A DNA stretch of 64,000 nucleotides from Chrysemys picta bellii (Eukaryota): NCBI RefSeq assembly GCF_011386835.1, contig NC_088800.1:8060001-8124000 (forward strand), given 5' to 3'. Both the position numbers and the translations under genes were made by a program. Positions 56,801 to 64,000 of this stretch are shown one piece after another. The notes beneath the pieces were generated by a model. The model was given only the letters and a program-made list of their open reading frames with translations, was not told the origin of the DNA and did no database searches. How positions within the stretch are numbered: position 1 is the first letter of the stretch; each line of letters opens with the position of its first letter.

Positions 56801-59800
56801 AAATTGCGTGTGGGGGAAAGGTTGCTTTTCCTTTACTCTAACTGATGACATGCCAAGTTTATTCTACAGTATTTACACTAAGATTTGTTTGTTTTGGTCC
56901 CCTTAACATGTTGTTCAGGAAGAGACAAAAGAAGAACCCCAGGAAGTTTATACTTCGTGACGAGACCAGTGGAGTTTATTCTTTAATTTTCTTTCTAGTC
57001 CTACATGTTTCCATTGAAACTTTATATATAAAGGGGAAGTAGGATTGCAGTCAGATAAGTTACTACTGTAGTGGTAATTTATTCTTATGTCTGAATGTAC
57101 TGCTGATGGATGGTGCCAGACTAACAGCCCTGGGGAATGAAATCATCAGTTATTCACAAAGCCGGTACAGGATGGGTAGAAACAGAGCAATCTTCCCCCA
57201 TAGTGCACCTCATCTCTGACCTGGCTGGAACTGGGATGGATGTCAATCTCCAACCCCATTGAGCCCTTGGCTGAGATTGATAACAAAGGGGATCAACGTG
57301 TAGAGTCCGAATGTCCTTGCTATAGGAAATGTAACCGGAAGGCAAGAGAGGGAATGCTGGAGACCTGTGTGAAATTTGCTAAGTTATTTCATGTGTGGGA
57401 ATATAAAAGCAATATTTAGCCACCCAATGCCCATTTATTTGTCATGGAGCTCCTGACACCAAACACGCACCTGGGCACTGCACGCACAATAACTAAGATA
57501 CTCAAACAGGGGCCCCCTTCCCTGGTTACAAGAACCCACTCGTACCTCCCCGCAGGAAAAAGACACTTCAGTCAGAGGGGCAGATGCTCAACTGATGTAA
57601 ACTGTCCTCACTCCACTGATGTCATTCAAGTGCTCAGGTACTTCTCTGCCAAAACCGTTACGTTTAAAAGGAAGCAAAGATTTGGTGTATTTAAACCAAA
57701 CCTTCGCTGTTTGATCCCAACTCCAGAAACGGATGCAGTGTTTTGCTTATGGCGCGGCGAGGCAAAAAGTGGAAAAGGAGTAGATTGAGTAGATTTTATG
57801 TATTATGCCAAATGTCATCAAATTGTCACTGTATTCGGATGATCTTTCTTAGCTTCTTCTAAACCTCATTGTGATGCGTTGCAGCAGATGCCAGACACCT
57901 GTTTTTAGCTGCAGGAGGGGGGGAGTTACCACCTGGCATGGTTTTGGTCATCTGAGCAGGAAGAACGAAGGACCAGGTATTCAACATTCTTCCTCTGAGG
58001 AAAAAACCCTCCCAAGCTATTTAGGAACAAAGTCCCTCCCTTGCCCATCTGCCCCTTGCTCCAGAGAACGACCCCTTCCTTTCTCACAGGGCTTTGAATA
58101 TTTATATCACTACTGCAGATACTGTAATTTTTCTAATAATAAATCTGACTTGGTTAATCTGTGTAAAACAGGAGCTTGGGGGGCGGGGGAGTTGTCTCTT
58201 GTAAATGAGGAGGTGATACATGTGCCATGGCGCAAGGAAGAGTATTTTGTGATTACTGAATTTCTAAGGACTAGGGTAACCCCAGGAGACGTTGAGATGC
58301 AAACAGGAATTCTGGAGTTGCAGTAGTTTACACCTATTAGTAATGAGCAACTTCTTAGCTTCTGCCTCTTGTTACTGTATTAATAATGCTTAGCACATAC
58401 GTAATGTTTCTTTCATCTTCCCTGCACTTCACCAGCATTAGTTAATCCTCACAATCCCTGGCATTTGTTATTACCATTTTCCAAACAGGGGAAATCGAAG
58501 GGGTCAAGAGACTTGTCAGGCCAAGACTGCTTTGGGATATGTCAGGATGAAAGTGTTATCAATGTTGGCCAATTACAGGCCAGTCATCCGTTTTTGAGTG
58601 GCATAGCAGCTCTGACATTTTCTAGAGTTTTCAGTTTTCCTTGTCTATTTGGCGATCTGGATGTGAGACAGAGACTACACTCACCTGTGTGATTGCTGGT
58701 CTCCTTCTGGTGATGGACAAAGATTAAAATATCCCTCCTGATTCCTCTAAATATGGCAGCGGTCTCGGATACCATTAAACATTGGGTGTGAACATGTACA
58801 ATGTCTCAAATTGCTAACTAGCAACAAGGGTTCTTATATGGGGCATCAAAGGGATTTGGCTTTGTTACCCCACTTGCAGGAAGATTGTGAAGTATTTGGG
58901 GCAGATGATACTCAGCCCACTATCCTCTCTGCATCAAACCCAGACGATGATCTTTGAGATGTGTCCAGTCTCTGGAAGATATTGAGGTTTAGATGAGTTG
59001 GCTGAGACTGGCTCAGTCCAGATAAAATGGAAAATGACACTGGTTGCCTGAGGGAACCAACAGAGGAGATGTCGGCAGTCATATCTTCCCCTTTGATGGA
59101 GGAGAGTTGTCCATCCTTTATTAACAGAGCTCACAATGGTTGCTCCTGGACATCCTGATATCTGCAGCTGCTGAGAGCACTTTTTCATCTTCATGTGAAA
59201 AGAAGGTTGCATCCTTTCCTACTGGGTGGTGGGCTGCATCGCAGTTTTCACGCATTTATTACCTCCCCGTTGAATGGCTGCAATATGCTCTACTTGGGGT
59301 AATACATGAAAACAACTTGGACAGCATATTCATACATAGGAGTATTTCATACATAGTTCACATTATACCTGGGTCAAGTATCAGAGGGGTAGCCGTGTTA
59401 GTCTGAATCTGTAAAAAGCAACAGAGGGTCCTGTGGCACCTTTAAGACTAACAGAAGTATTGGGAGCATAAGCTTTCGTGGGTAAGAACCTCACTTCTTC
59501 AGATGCAAGGCCTGGGTGCCATAGATAGCACTAGTTTCCAGGTGTGATTCAAGGTGTTGGTTCTAATCTATTAAGTCCTATGTGTATTTTGTCCTGTGTG
59601 TCCATTAGAGACCATCTTTCCTTCCATCCCTTAGCCTATCAGTTTAGAGCAGCCAGAACATTTAAACTGACTCTCAAGTCTCTACGTGTGGCTAGTGGCA
59701 GGAAGTTCTGAGCAAAAGGCCTTCAGCCCTAGTCTGATATTGGCCTTCCACTACTGGTCTCATGCAGCCCACATTCAATGACCTTCTGTGTTTGTTGCAA

Positions 59801-60674
59801 GACCCATCTGCTCACACAGGCTTTTGCTGATGAGGGTGGAACACGGAGCGGTTGGTGGTGAGTTGGCAAGTGGGCATGCTGTCATTTCTGGTGTCTTTTG
59901 TACACTATCTCTACCCCAATGATATTTATAAGTGTACTTGATAAATTAATATATAAGTACAATTATTGGCTGGTATTTCCAAAGCCACCTAGAGCAGTGT
60001 TTCCCAAACTTGGGACACCGCTTGTGTTGGGAAAGCCCCTGGTGGGCCGGACCGGTTTGTTTACCTGCTGCGTCCGCAGGTCCAGCCGATTGCGGCTCCC
60101 ACTGGCCGCGGTTTGCTGCTCCAGGCCAATGGGAGCTGCTGAAGCGGCGGCTGGTACATCCCTCGGCCCGTGCTGCTTCCAGCAGCTCCCATTGGCCTGG
60201 AGCAGCGAATCGTGGCCAGCGGGAGCCGCGATCGGCCGGACCTGCGGACGTGGTAGGTAAACAAACCGTCCCGGCCCGCCAGGGGCTTTCCCTACACAAT
60301 TGGCATCCCAAGTTTGGGAAACACTGACCTAGAGGATTTGAATATGCAGTTCGCACTAAAATGAATGAGAATTGCTTGTCCAAACCCCATAATCCATTTT
60401 TGAAAATCTCACCCATTATCTTTACTGCCCTGCCAAATGCAAGCATATACTTGGTCGGACAGCAAGTGTAATAAATGCAGTTTGTGATGGTAAATATTTG
60501 CATGAGGTCACCATGCTTTCTTCTTCTGTCTAGGACTTGAAAGATGACCGGAGTGATGAAGAAGAGGAAGACTCCCTCACTGATAATGAAGAGTGCATGA
60601 AGAATGGCAGCAAGAATGGCAGCAAGAATGGCTGTGGGTTGAGCAGACACCAACTCTTAAACAACAATCATTAG
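20629..60674 (+). CDS. CERS3: Ceramide synthase 3, spliced CDS: join(20629..20810,22528..22645,24210..24328,32969..33026,34045..34095,34722..34814,36030..36158,37389..37495,38504..38660,60534..60674); 1155 nt, 384 aa
   Basis: Manual splicing gives one open frame with consistent phases: [33 protein letters not shown]...WFRRRRN...[16 protein letters not shown]...[23 protein letters not shown]...[11 protein letters not shown]...NNNH*. All acceptors are AG; nine introns, eight with GT donors and one with [33 protein letters not shown] and the length match CERS3 rather than its paralogues (from recalled human sequences). Confidence 0.95.
22528..22645 (+). CDS. CERS3: CERS3 coding exon 2 (118 nt)
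   Basis: ttttcag|A; encodes [39 protein letters not shown]; donor CAA|gtaagg. Confidence 0.95.
23265..23530 (+). mobile_element. MIR/CORE-like SINE fragment
   Basis: ggttcagttcctggctctaccactggc...ccttgggcaagt...ttccccatctgtacaa. Confidence 0.55.
24210..24328 (+). CDS. CERS3: CERS3 coding exon 3 (119 nt, Hox-like domain)
   Basis: ttttacag|TCT; encodes [39 protein letters not shown](C); donor TG|gtagga. Confidence 0.95.
24485..24570 (-). mobile_element. MIR/CORE-like SINE fragment
   Basis: ccccattttacagatggggacactgaggcatagg...ggacttaaccaagg. Confidence 0.6.
25581..25831. mobile_element. PIF/Harbinger-type MITE
   Basis: Ends GGGCTTGTCTACACT...AGTATAGATGAGCC; 3-bp TSD TAA (25578-25580, 25832-25834). 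Confidence 0.75.
27744..27948 (-). repeat. 3' LTR of the Gypsy element
   Basis: Direct repeat of 30997-31201; adjacent polypurine tract AAGAGATGAGGGAA on the minus strand at 27949-27962. Confidence 0.95.
28200..30982 (-). pseudogene. Disrupted gag-pol of the Gypsy element
   Basis: Frameshift near 30730 (ORF 30707..31189 to ORF 29782..30732), Penelope insertion at 29652-29853, in-frame TAA at 29025-29027 in RT, and a deletion near 28430 joining RNase H to the integrase C-terminus. Confidence 0.9.
29652..29853. mobile_element. Penelope-like fold-back fragment inserted into the Gypsy protease region
   Basis: Same sequence family as 14157 and 59378; about 80-bp inverted arms; flanked by the 13-bp direct repeat TTTGTGGACAATG (29639-29651, 29854-29866). 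Confidence 0.88.
30983..30993 (-). promoter_or_regulatory. Primer-binding site, complementary to the 3' end of tRNA-Ser(GCU)
   Basis: Minus-strand TGGCGACGAGG lies 3 nt inside the 5' LTR; vertebrate tRNA-Ser(GCU) ends ...CCUCGUCGCCA (recalled sequence). Confidence 0.8.
30997..31201 (-). repeat. 5' LTR of the Gypsy element
   Basis: Direct repeat of 27744-27948; followed on the minus strand by the PBS. Confidence 0.95.
31243..32094. mobile_element. hAT-type MITE (852 bp) carrying a GC-rich minisatellite
   Basis: 13-bp TIR TAGGGTTACCATA...TATGGTAACCCTA; perfect 8-bp TSD GGACCAGG (31235-31242, 32095-32102). Confidence 0.92.
31430..31980. repeat. Very GC-rich irregular minisatellite
   Basis: Seven copies of CCGAGCACCGCCGGC interspersed with CCGGCAC/CCGAGCC units; almost no T on the + strand. 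Confidence 0.9.
32969..33026 (+). CDS. CERS3: CERS3 coding exon 4 (58 nt)
   Basis: ttttgcag|C; encodes [19 protein letters not shown]; donor GAT|gtaagt. Confidence 0.95.
34045..34095 (+). CDS. CERS3: CERS3 coding exon 5 (51 nt)
   Basis: ctttccccag|AAA; encodes [17 protein letters not shown]; donor CAG|gtgagc. Confidence 0.95.
34324..34448 (-). mobile_element. Penelope-like element fragment in CERS3 intron 5 (opposite orientation to 19319)
   Basis: Reverse complement of the 19319-19423 type sequence plus the gcatccgaagaagtgggctgtagcccatgaaagcttatgc motif. Confidence 0.82.
34722..34814 (+). CDS. CERS3: CERS3 coding exon 6 (93 nt), followed by a GC donor
   Basis: ccttacag|CCC; encodes [31 protein letters not shown]; donor AAG|gcaagt. 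Confidence 0.93.
35360..35853. mobile_element. hAT-type MITE
   Basis: TIR CAGGGTTTCTCAACC...GGTTGAGAACCGCTG; TSD imperfect (actagag/acgagag). Confidence 0.7.
36030..36158 (+). CDS. CERS3: CERS3 coding exon 7 (129 nt, Lag1p motif core)
   Basis: ttcgtag|GAC; encodes [43 protein letters not shown] with the HH and HD..D residues intact; donor GAG|gtaaac. Confidence 0.96.
36838..36905 (-). mobile_element. tRNA-derived SINE head fragment
   Basis: Minus strand ...tagctctggaagtccctggttcaatcccc contains a B-box (GGTTCAATCC). Confidence 0.5.
37389..37495 (+). CDS. CERS3: CERS3 coding exon 8 (107 nt)
   Basis: aatttcag|TCA; encodes [35 protein letters not shown](W); donor TG|gtaagt. Confidence 0.95.
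38504..38660 (+). CDS. CERS3: CERS3 coding exon 9 (157 nt)
   Basis: tttttcag|G; encodes [52 protein letters not shown]; donor AAG|gtaagt. Confidence 0.95.
40240..40440 (-). mobile_element. MIR/CORE-like SINE
   Basis: aaactaagggacagag...gacttgcccaaggtcaca...gaactgaaaccaggtctcctgagtcccag. Confidence 0.65.
40744..41834 (-). mobile_element. CR1 LINE, 5'-truncated (3' part of ORF2/RT plus 3' UTR)
   Basis: Minus-strand ORFs give [27 protein letters not shown]...FTDDAKL...[18 protein letters not shown]...[11 protein letters not shown] and [16 protein letters not shown]...[22 protein letters not shown], all CR1 RT hallmarks. Confidence 0.93.
42806..43090. mobile_element. PIF/Harbinger-type MITE (285 bp), CpG-rich
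   Basis: Ends GGGTACATCTACACTAC...GTAGTATAGACCAGACC; 3-bp TSD TCA (42803-42805, 43091-43093). Confidence 0.8.
43485..43700 (-). mobile_element. CR1 3' UTR fragment
   Basis: ataagaacagccatactgggtcagaccaatggtccatccagccc is the reverse complement of the CR1 3' end seen at 16150 and 55935. Confidence 0.75.
44390..44770 (+). mobile_element. Old CR1 fragment
   Basis: ctataagcacttacatggggag...ggctggaagatgaagtgagagaaattcagactagaa...agcctggatgtctttctaaaag; degraded CR1 ORF2 C-terminus. Confidence 0.6.
45090..46600 (-). mobile_element. Heavily degraded Ty3/Gypsy pol relic
   Basis: ORF 45096..45329 contains [31 protein letters not shown]...WLTKRYRQI, matching the Gypsy RT RFC.DFR.LN...D.YP.PR.DEL...LDLTKGYWQI. 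Integrase-like remnants upstream on the same strand are weaker. Confidence 0.55.
48607..48875. mobile_element. hAT-type MITE (269 bp)
   Basis: TIR CAGGGCCGGCGC...GCGCCGCTCCTG (imperfect); perfect 8-bp TSD AGCAAACC (48599-48606, 48876-48883). Confidence 0.88.
51829..52004. mobile_element. Half copy (one arm) of the palindromic hAT MITE family seen at 59995
   Basis: Begins CAGTGTTTCCCAAACTTGGGACACCG and follows 59995 onwards to the palindrome centre, then stops; no right TIR. Confidence 0.85.
53270..53585 (+). mobile_element. Old CR1 fragment
   Basis: atggctggaagttaaagccagacaaattt...cctaccaagggaagtag...gatcaagaccggatgcctttctggaagat...tcaaatctatga. Confidence 0.65.
54880..55080 (-). mobile_element. 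MIR/CORE-like SINE
   Basis: ctccgttttatagatggggga...gagctgagaataggacccatgtctcctaactcccag...ctagaccacactcc. Confidence 0.6.
55308..56039 (+). mobile_element. CR1 LINE, 5'-truncated
   Basis: ORFs ...[58 protein letters not shown] and [16 protein letters not shown]...[10 protein letters not shown], followed by the CR1 3' UTR ending gttctt. Confidence 0.92.
58500..59375 (+). mobile_element. Degraded L2-clade LINE RT fragment
   Basis: Near 58900-59030 the + strand reads ADDTQ...DWLSPDKME, matching the L2 YADDTQ...WL.LNPDKTE; boundaries approximate. Confidence 0.55.
59378..59506 (+). mobile_element. Penelope-like element fragment
   Basis: agtatcagaggggtagccgtgttagtctgaatctgtaaaaagcaacagagggtcctgtggcacc...gcataagctttcgtgggtaagaacctcacttcttcagatgc. 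Confidence 0.85.
59466..59506 (-). ncRNA. Minimal type-I hammerhead ribozyme motif (Penelope-associated), putative
   Basis: Minus strand GCAU-CUGAAGA-A-GUGAG(GUUCUUA)CCCAC-GAAA-GC-UU-AUGC: conserved core, 4-bp stem I, stem II, and palindromic AGCU helix III. Confidence 0.6.
59995..60326. mobile_element. Fully palindromic hAT-type MITE (332 bp)
   Basis: TIR CAGTGTTTCCCAAACTTGGGA...TCCCAAGTTTGGGAAACACTG; perfect 8-bp TSD ACCTAGAG (59987-59994, 60327-60334); arms are complementary almost to the centre. Confidence 0.92.
60534..60674 (+). CDS. CERS3: CERS3 last coding exon (141 nt including TAG)
   Basis: ttcttctgtctag|GAC; encodes [46 protein letters not shown]; the D.RSD + acidic run is the typical CerS C-tail. 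Confidence 0.92.
   Translation, partial: DLKDDRSDEEEEDSLTDNEECMKNGSKNGSKNGCGLSRHQLLNNNH
60600..60632 (+). repeat. 12-bp coding tandem repeat (AAGAATGGCAGC x2.75) encoding [11 protein letters not shown]
   Basis: Read directly in the last CERS3 exon. Confidence 0.95.
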
Positions 60675-61254
60675 ATCCAACCCTGCACCATCTCCTGCAG
60701 TGTCGCTTGCTGTGTCCTTAACCCAACCTACAGTATAGAGCTTAAAGTCAACAGGCTTAAAAGAGTCTGTGATTGATTTATTGCTGGTTACTAGACCTGG
60801 AAGGAAGCCCATTTTAGAAAGGGGGTGGGGGGACTGCTTAACATGACAAAATGTGTTAATGACCCACTTTCTGAATTACTGCATACAAGTGTGTGAAAAA
60901 CATATCTAGACTCTGTAAATCTCTCTTGAAATGCTCAAGAATTTCAAAACTATCTCAGAACACCTAAAATCTAATGGATTTAATCATACATTGCAAATCT
61001 GAGAAAAGCCAGGCAACTTTACCCAATAATTTTAGTGGCGTTTCCATATATTTTTAGAAGTGTATAGCTGATGTGAACCCCACTAAAGATCAGAATTGCA
61101 AGAGAAATCTATAACACTGGGATGTATTATCTAGCATTTTACGCATCCTGTTTGCATTTCAGCCCTTAGCACTGGGCTGCTGCTTGTGAATTAGATCTAA
61201 TTCCCATGTGGCTGGGGGAAGCTAGCAAGTAGGCTCTGGGGCTATTATTCAAGT

Positions 61255-61885
61255 TTGTTTGTGCCTCCCTGAAATGCCTCCTTCACTTAAAGAAGCAATT
61301 GTTAGATCCTTGCTCAAAAAAATCCGTTCTTTGCAATGGCAGATAATCTCTCCAGATATCACCCATCTCAAGTCTTCTGTTTCAGGGGAAGATTTTCAAG
61401 AAAGTGGTGGCAAAAAAAATAAAATCTCATTCATTAATAGGGTTTGTAATGTTTTTGAGACTGGATTACTGCATTGAGTTCTGCAGGAGGCTACACTGTC
61501 AAACCACTCAGCAATTGCAGCTAGTCCACGGTGCCATGGTCTACTCAGTCATTGGAGTCTTGCACAAAATGAGCTCTGAGCTTTCCAATACTCTGGCTAT
61601 CGACCAACTTCCAGACGAAGTTTCACTTATAAAGCCCTAAAACGGTGGTTCTCAAACCTTTGTACTGGTAACCCCTTTCACATAACAAGCCTCTGAGTGT
61701 GACCCCCCCCCTTATAAATTAAAAACACTTTTTAATATATTTAACACCATTATAAATTATGGAGGCAAAGCGGGGTTTGGGGTGGAGGCTGACAGCTCGG
61801 GACCCCCCATGTAATAAACTCTCGACCCCCTGAGGGGTCCCAACACCCAGTTTGAGAACCCCTGCCCTAAATGATTTGGGTCCCC
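61255..61885 (+). mobile_element. L2-clade LINE fragments downstream of the CERS3 stop, split by a MITE
   Basis: MPPSLKEAIVRSLLKK and RLDYC...LQLVHGA are L2 RT motifs; ...aaagccctaaa[MITE]tgatttgggtccc resumes as KALN.LGP. Confidence 0.7.
61643..61864. mobile_element. hAT-type MITE (222 bp)
   Basis: TIR CGGTGGTTCTCAAAC...GTTTGAGAACCCCTG; TSD CCCTAAAA/CCCTAAAT (7/8). Confidence 0.85.
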
Positions 61886-63682
61886 TTGTTGTAAAGACAA
61901 CTTCTGCCCATGTGGTTCTGCAGCCCTTGAAGTGATCTGATTCACTCAAGCTAACAGCTCAGGAGAGACAAAAGGGGGCTACTGATACAGGGTCCTCATT
62001 GAGAGGCCGTTGTATTTAATACTCTTGTCCCCATTCTGGCTGCAAGAGCCTGAATTTGGTGACCTGTAGGGCACACTGCAGAATTCACTTGTTTTCCCAG
62101 GCTTACTTTGGAAGAGGGAAGGATGAGTGAGGGGCTGGAGGATTTGCTGGGCTAGGAAATGTTGCTAGGGGCTTGGGACTCGCGTTTTGTGTTGTTATAA
62201 GCTATGGGAGTGGTCTCTTATGGGGAGTGGAAATTGGGGGATGTCTGCCTGTGGTCTTTTTGACCTATGAAACTGTATTTAATTTTGGGGGAGGAGGAGG
62301 AGAGAGTCGCGTGCCATGAGCAGTGGATGATGCTTTATTATAAATAAATGGAATCTGGCCTAGTGTGTTTTGAAAAGAGCAGGAAGCATACAAGGAAAAA
62401 CACCAGTCGGGATAGTCAGTGCTATATTTTGTGCTTGCACTGCTTGGGGTGAGTAGCCAGTTATCTCAATGTCTGCAGTATTCCCTTGTACTACTTTGTA
62501 CTTACTGTAGGAAATACAATCTCCTGCAGCATTCAGGGTATCTCACTGCCAGTACTTAAGTCACCAGCAGCAGCTAGCAAGTGTTTCTGGGCCATCCTTG
62601 CTTATAAATGCTCACGACTAATAATTTAAATGCATTCAAATGGCTTTTCTCAGCAAAATGTGAACATAGGAGGTCCACGCTATATGTTCCTTTATAAGAG
62701 CAGTGGATATATAGTAGTATTTTCTGCAAATGTTGAGTGATTCTGGGAGACAGCCAGTGCATATTTTTTAATTTTGATTCCAAAAATCTTTCCTGATATG
62801 AAAAAGAGAGGAACCCATAACAGGAAAGAGAGAATGCTGAACTCTTCCAGGGAGTGAGCCTGAATTTATAATGCAAATTGTTGCCAACTCTTGCCATTCT
62901 TGCTTGGGCAAAATTTCCATTGAAATCAATTAAAATTCCCGGGAGTTTCGTCTGGATCAGAATTCTGGACTGCTCCTTAATGCATATCTCTGGACTGTCC
63001 CTTGTTAGAAGGGATATTCCTCACATTAGCCCCAAATATGCCTCTTCCCCACTCTGAACTTGCTTCATATCCTGCAAATTATTAACAGGAACATGGAAGC
63101 AAGAAGCTGGCCTTAGAGAGAATGTGATTCATGCTAAAGAAATTAATTTCACATTGCTTCAAGATCCTTGTCCTGTCTTTTCCATGTCCCCTGTTTTGGA
63201 TCTTTGTACCACAGTGTGTTCTGCATTTGGACCTTAGCAGGCTGAGCGGTATGAAGTAGTGGAGAGTTTAACCAGCTGAAGTTGTGAAGATGACTTTGCT
63301 ATGACATTTTGACCATATCAGAATATGAACAGTCAGCAGTACTACAGTCTTGTGGTGAAATCCTGGCCCCACTGTAGTCAATGGGAGCTTTGCCATTGAC
63401 TTCAGTGGGGTCCGGATTTCACCCCCAGTCTAAAGTCAATGGTGCCACGAATTCACGCTTTGTATTTATGAAAAATGTCTATTATGCTGCTTCTATGCCA
63501 GTTATTTAGACCGATAAACTAGATAATCCAATAGCTAGATAACCTATTATTCCACTTTGGACCAGAGCTGTTGACTTCATGGGACTCATTGGTAATCAGT
63601 CATTATCATGCCCTTTTGTACGATCACCGTTTTTATACTTCATGTCACTACTTTTGCCTTGTCAAACGTGTTACACTCTATA

Positions 63683-63688
63683 AATAAA
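63683..63688 (+). terminator. Candidate poly(A) signal AATAAA for CERS3
   Basis: AATAAA in an AT-rich context about 3 kb after the stop. Other AATAAA sites lie at 62343 and 63908. No transcript evidence. Confidence 0.3.
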
Positions 63689-63825
63689 CCTTTTAAAAAT
63701 GTCTCCAAGTTTGAAATGCTCTTGGATCATTGTTCGTCTACCACCATTGACCTCTGTGAGTAGCAGTTTTCATTGAGATTATTCAGAAATCTCTAAAGTA
63801 AATTGTGCTGTTGAATTCTACAGCT

Positions 63826-63838
63826 GTGTGTGTGTGTG
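63826..63838. repeat. Short (TG)n microsatellite
   Basis: Direct TG run. Confidence 0.8.
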
Positions 63839-63907
63839 CCTCTGCCTCTGCTAAAGCCCTTTGTATTTGTGACATTATGTAATGTTCAAGTATGGCTCTG
63901 GATAAGT

Positions 63908-63913
63908 AATAAA
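63908..63913 (+). terminator. Candidate distal poly(A) signal AATAAA
   Basis: Preceded by TGTA motifs (ttgtatt, atgtaat) and followed by a T-rich tract (cttatttttactt). Confidence 0.35.
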
Positions 63914-64000
63914 ATATGGCTTTTAACAGGCAGACTTATTTTTACTTGGAATTTAATAGCTATAAAATTTTAGCAATCTCATGGGGCTAGATCAGGGATC

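Noticed and set aside
59946-60653. 235-aa antisense ORF overlapping the last CERS3 exon
   Set aside because: It is a composite of exon antisense, intron and the palindromic MITE; no recognisable protein and no splice or promoter support.

Overview
Vertebrate genomic DNA. The repeat content (CR1, L2, MIR-like and tRNA/CR1-tailed SINEs, Penelope-like fragments, GC-rich hAT and Harbinger MITEs) points to a turtle. The window holds the complete coding region of one gene on the + strand, ceramide synthase 3 (CERS3). It has 10 coding exons from 20629 to 60674, 1155 nt in total, giving a 384-aa protein with a Hox-like domain, an intact Lag1p motif and an acidic C-tail. One intron is GC-AG and the last intron is 21.9 kb. 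The 5' non-coding exon(s) could not be located. The rest is non-coding and rich in transposable elements. Intron 3 holds a nest: a probable solo LTR containing an internally deleted Ty3/Gypsy element (205-bp LTRs, 5-bp TSD, tRNA-Ser PBS), itself interrupted by a Penelope fold-back, plus a hAT MITE with a GC-rich minisatellite. The most interesting signals are minimal hammerhead-ribozyme folds in the Penelope fragments, an inverted 105-bp Penelope pair bracketing coding exons 1-5 (circRNA hypothesis), a 96-bp inverted repeat whose only mismatches are G-U compatible, and a Gypsy relic that appears to have integrase before RT. All family assignments come from motif recognition by eye; no database search was run. 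Most long ORFs in the supplied track are artefacts of GC-rich repeats.
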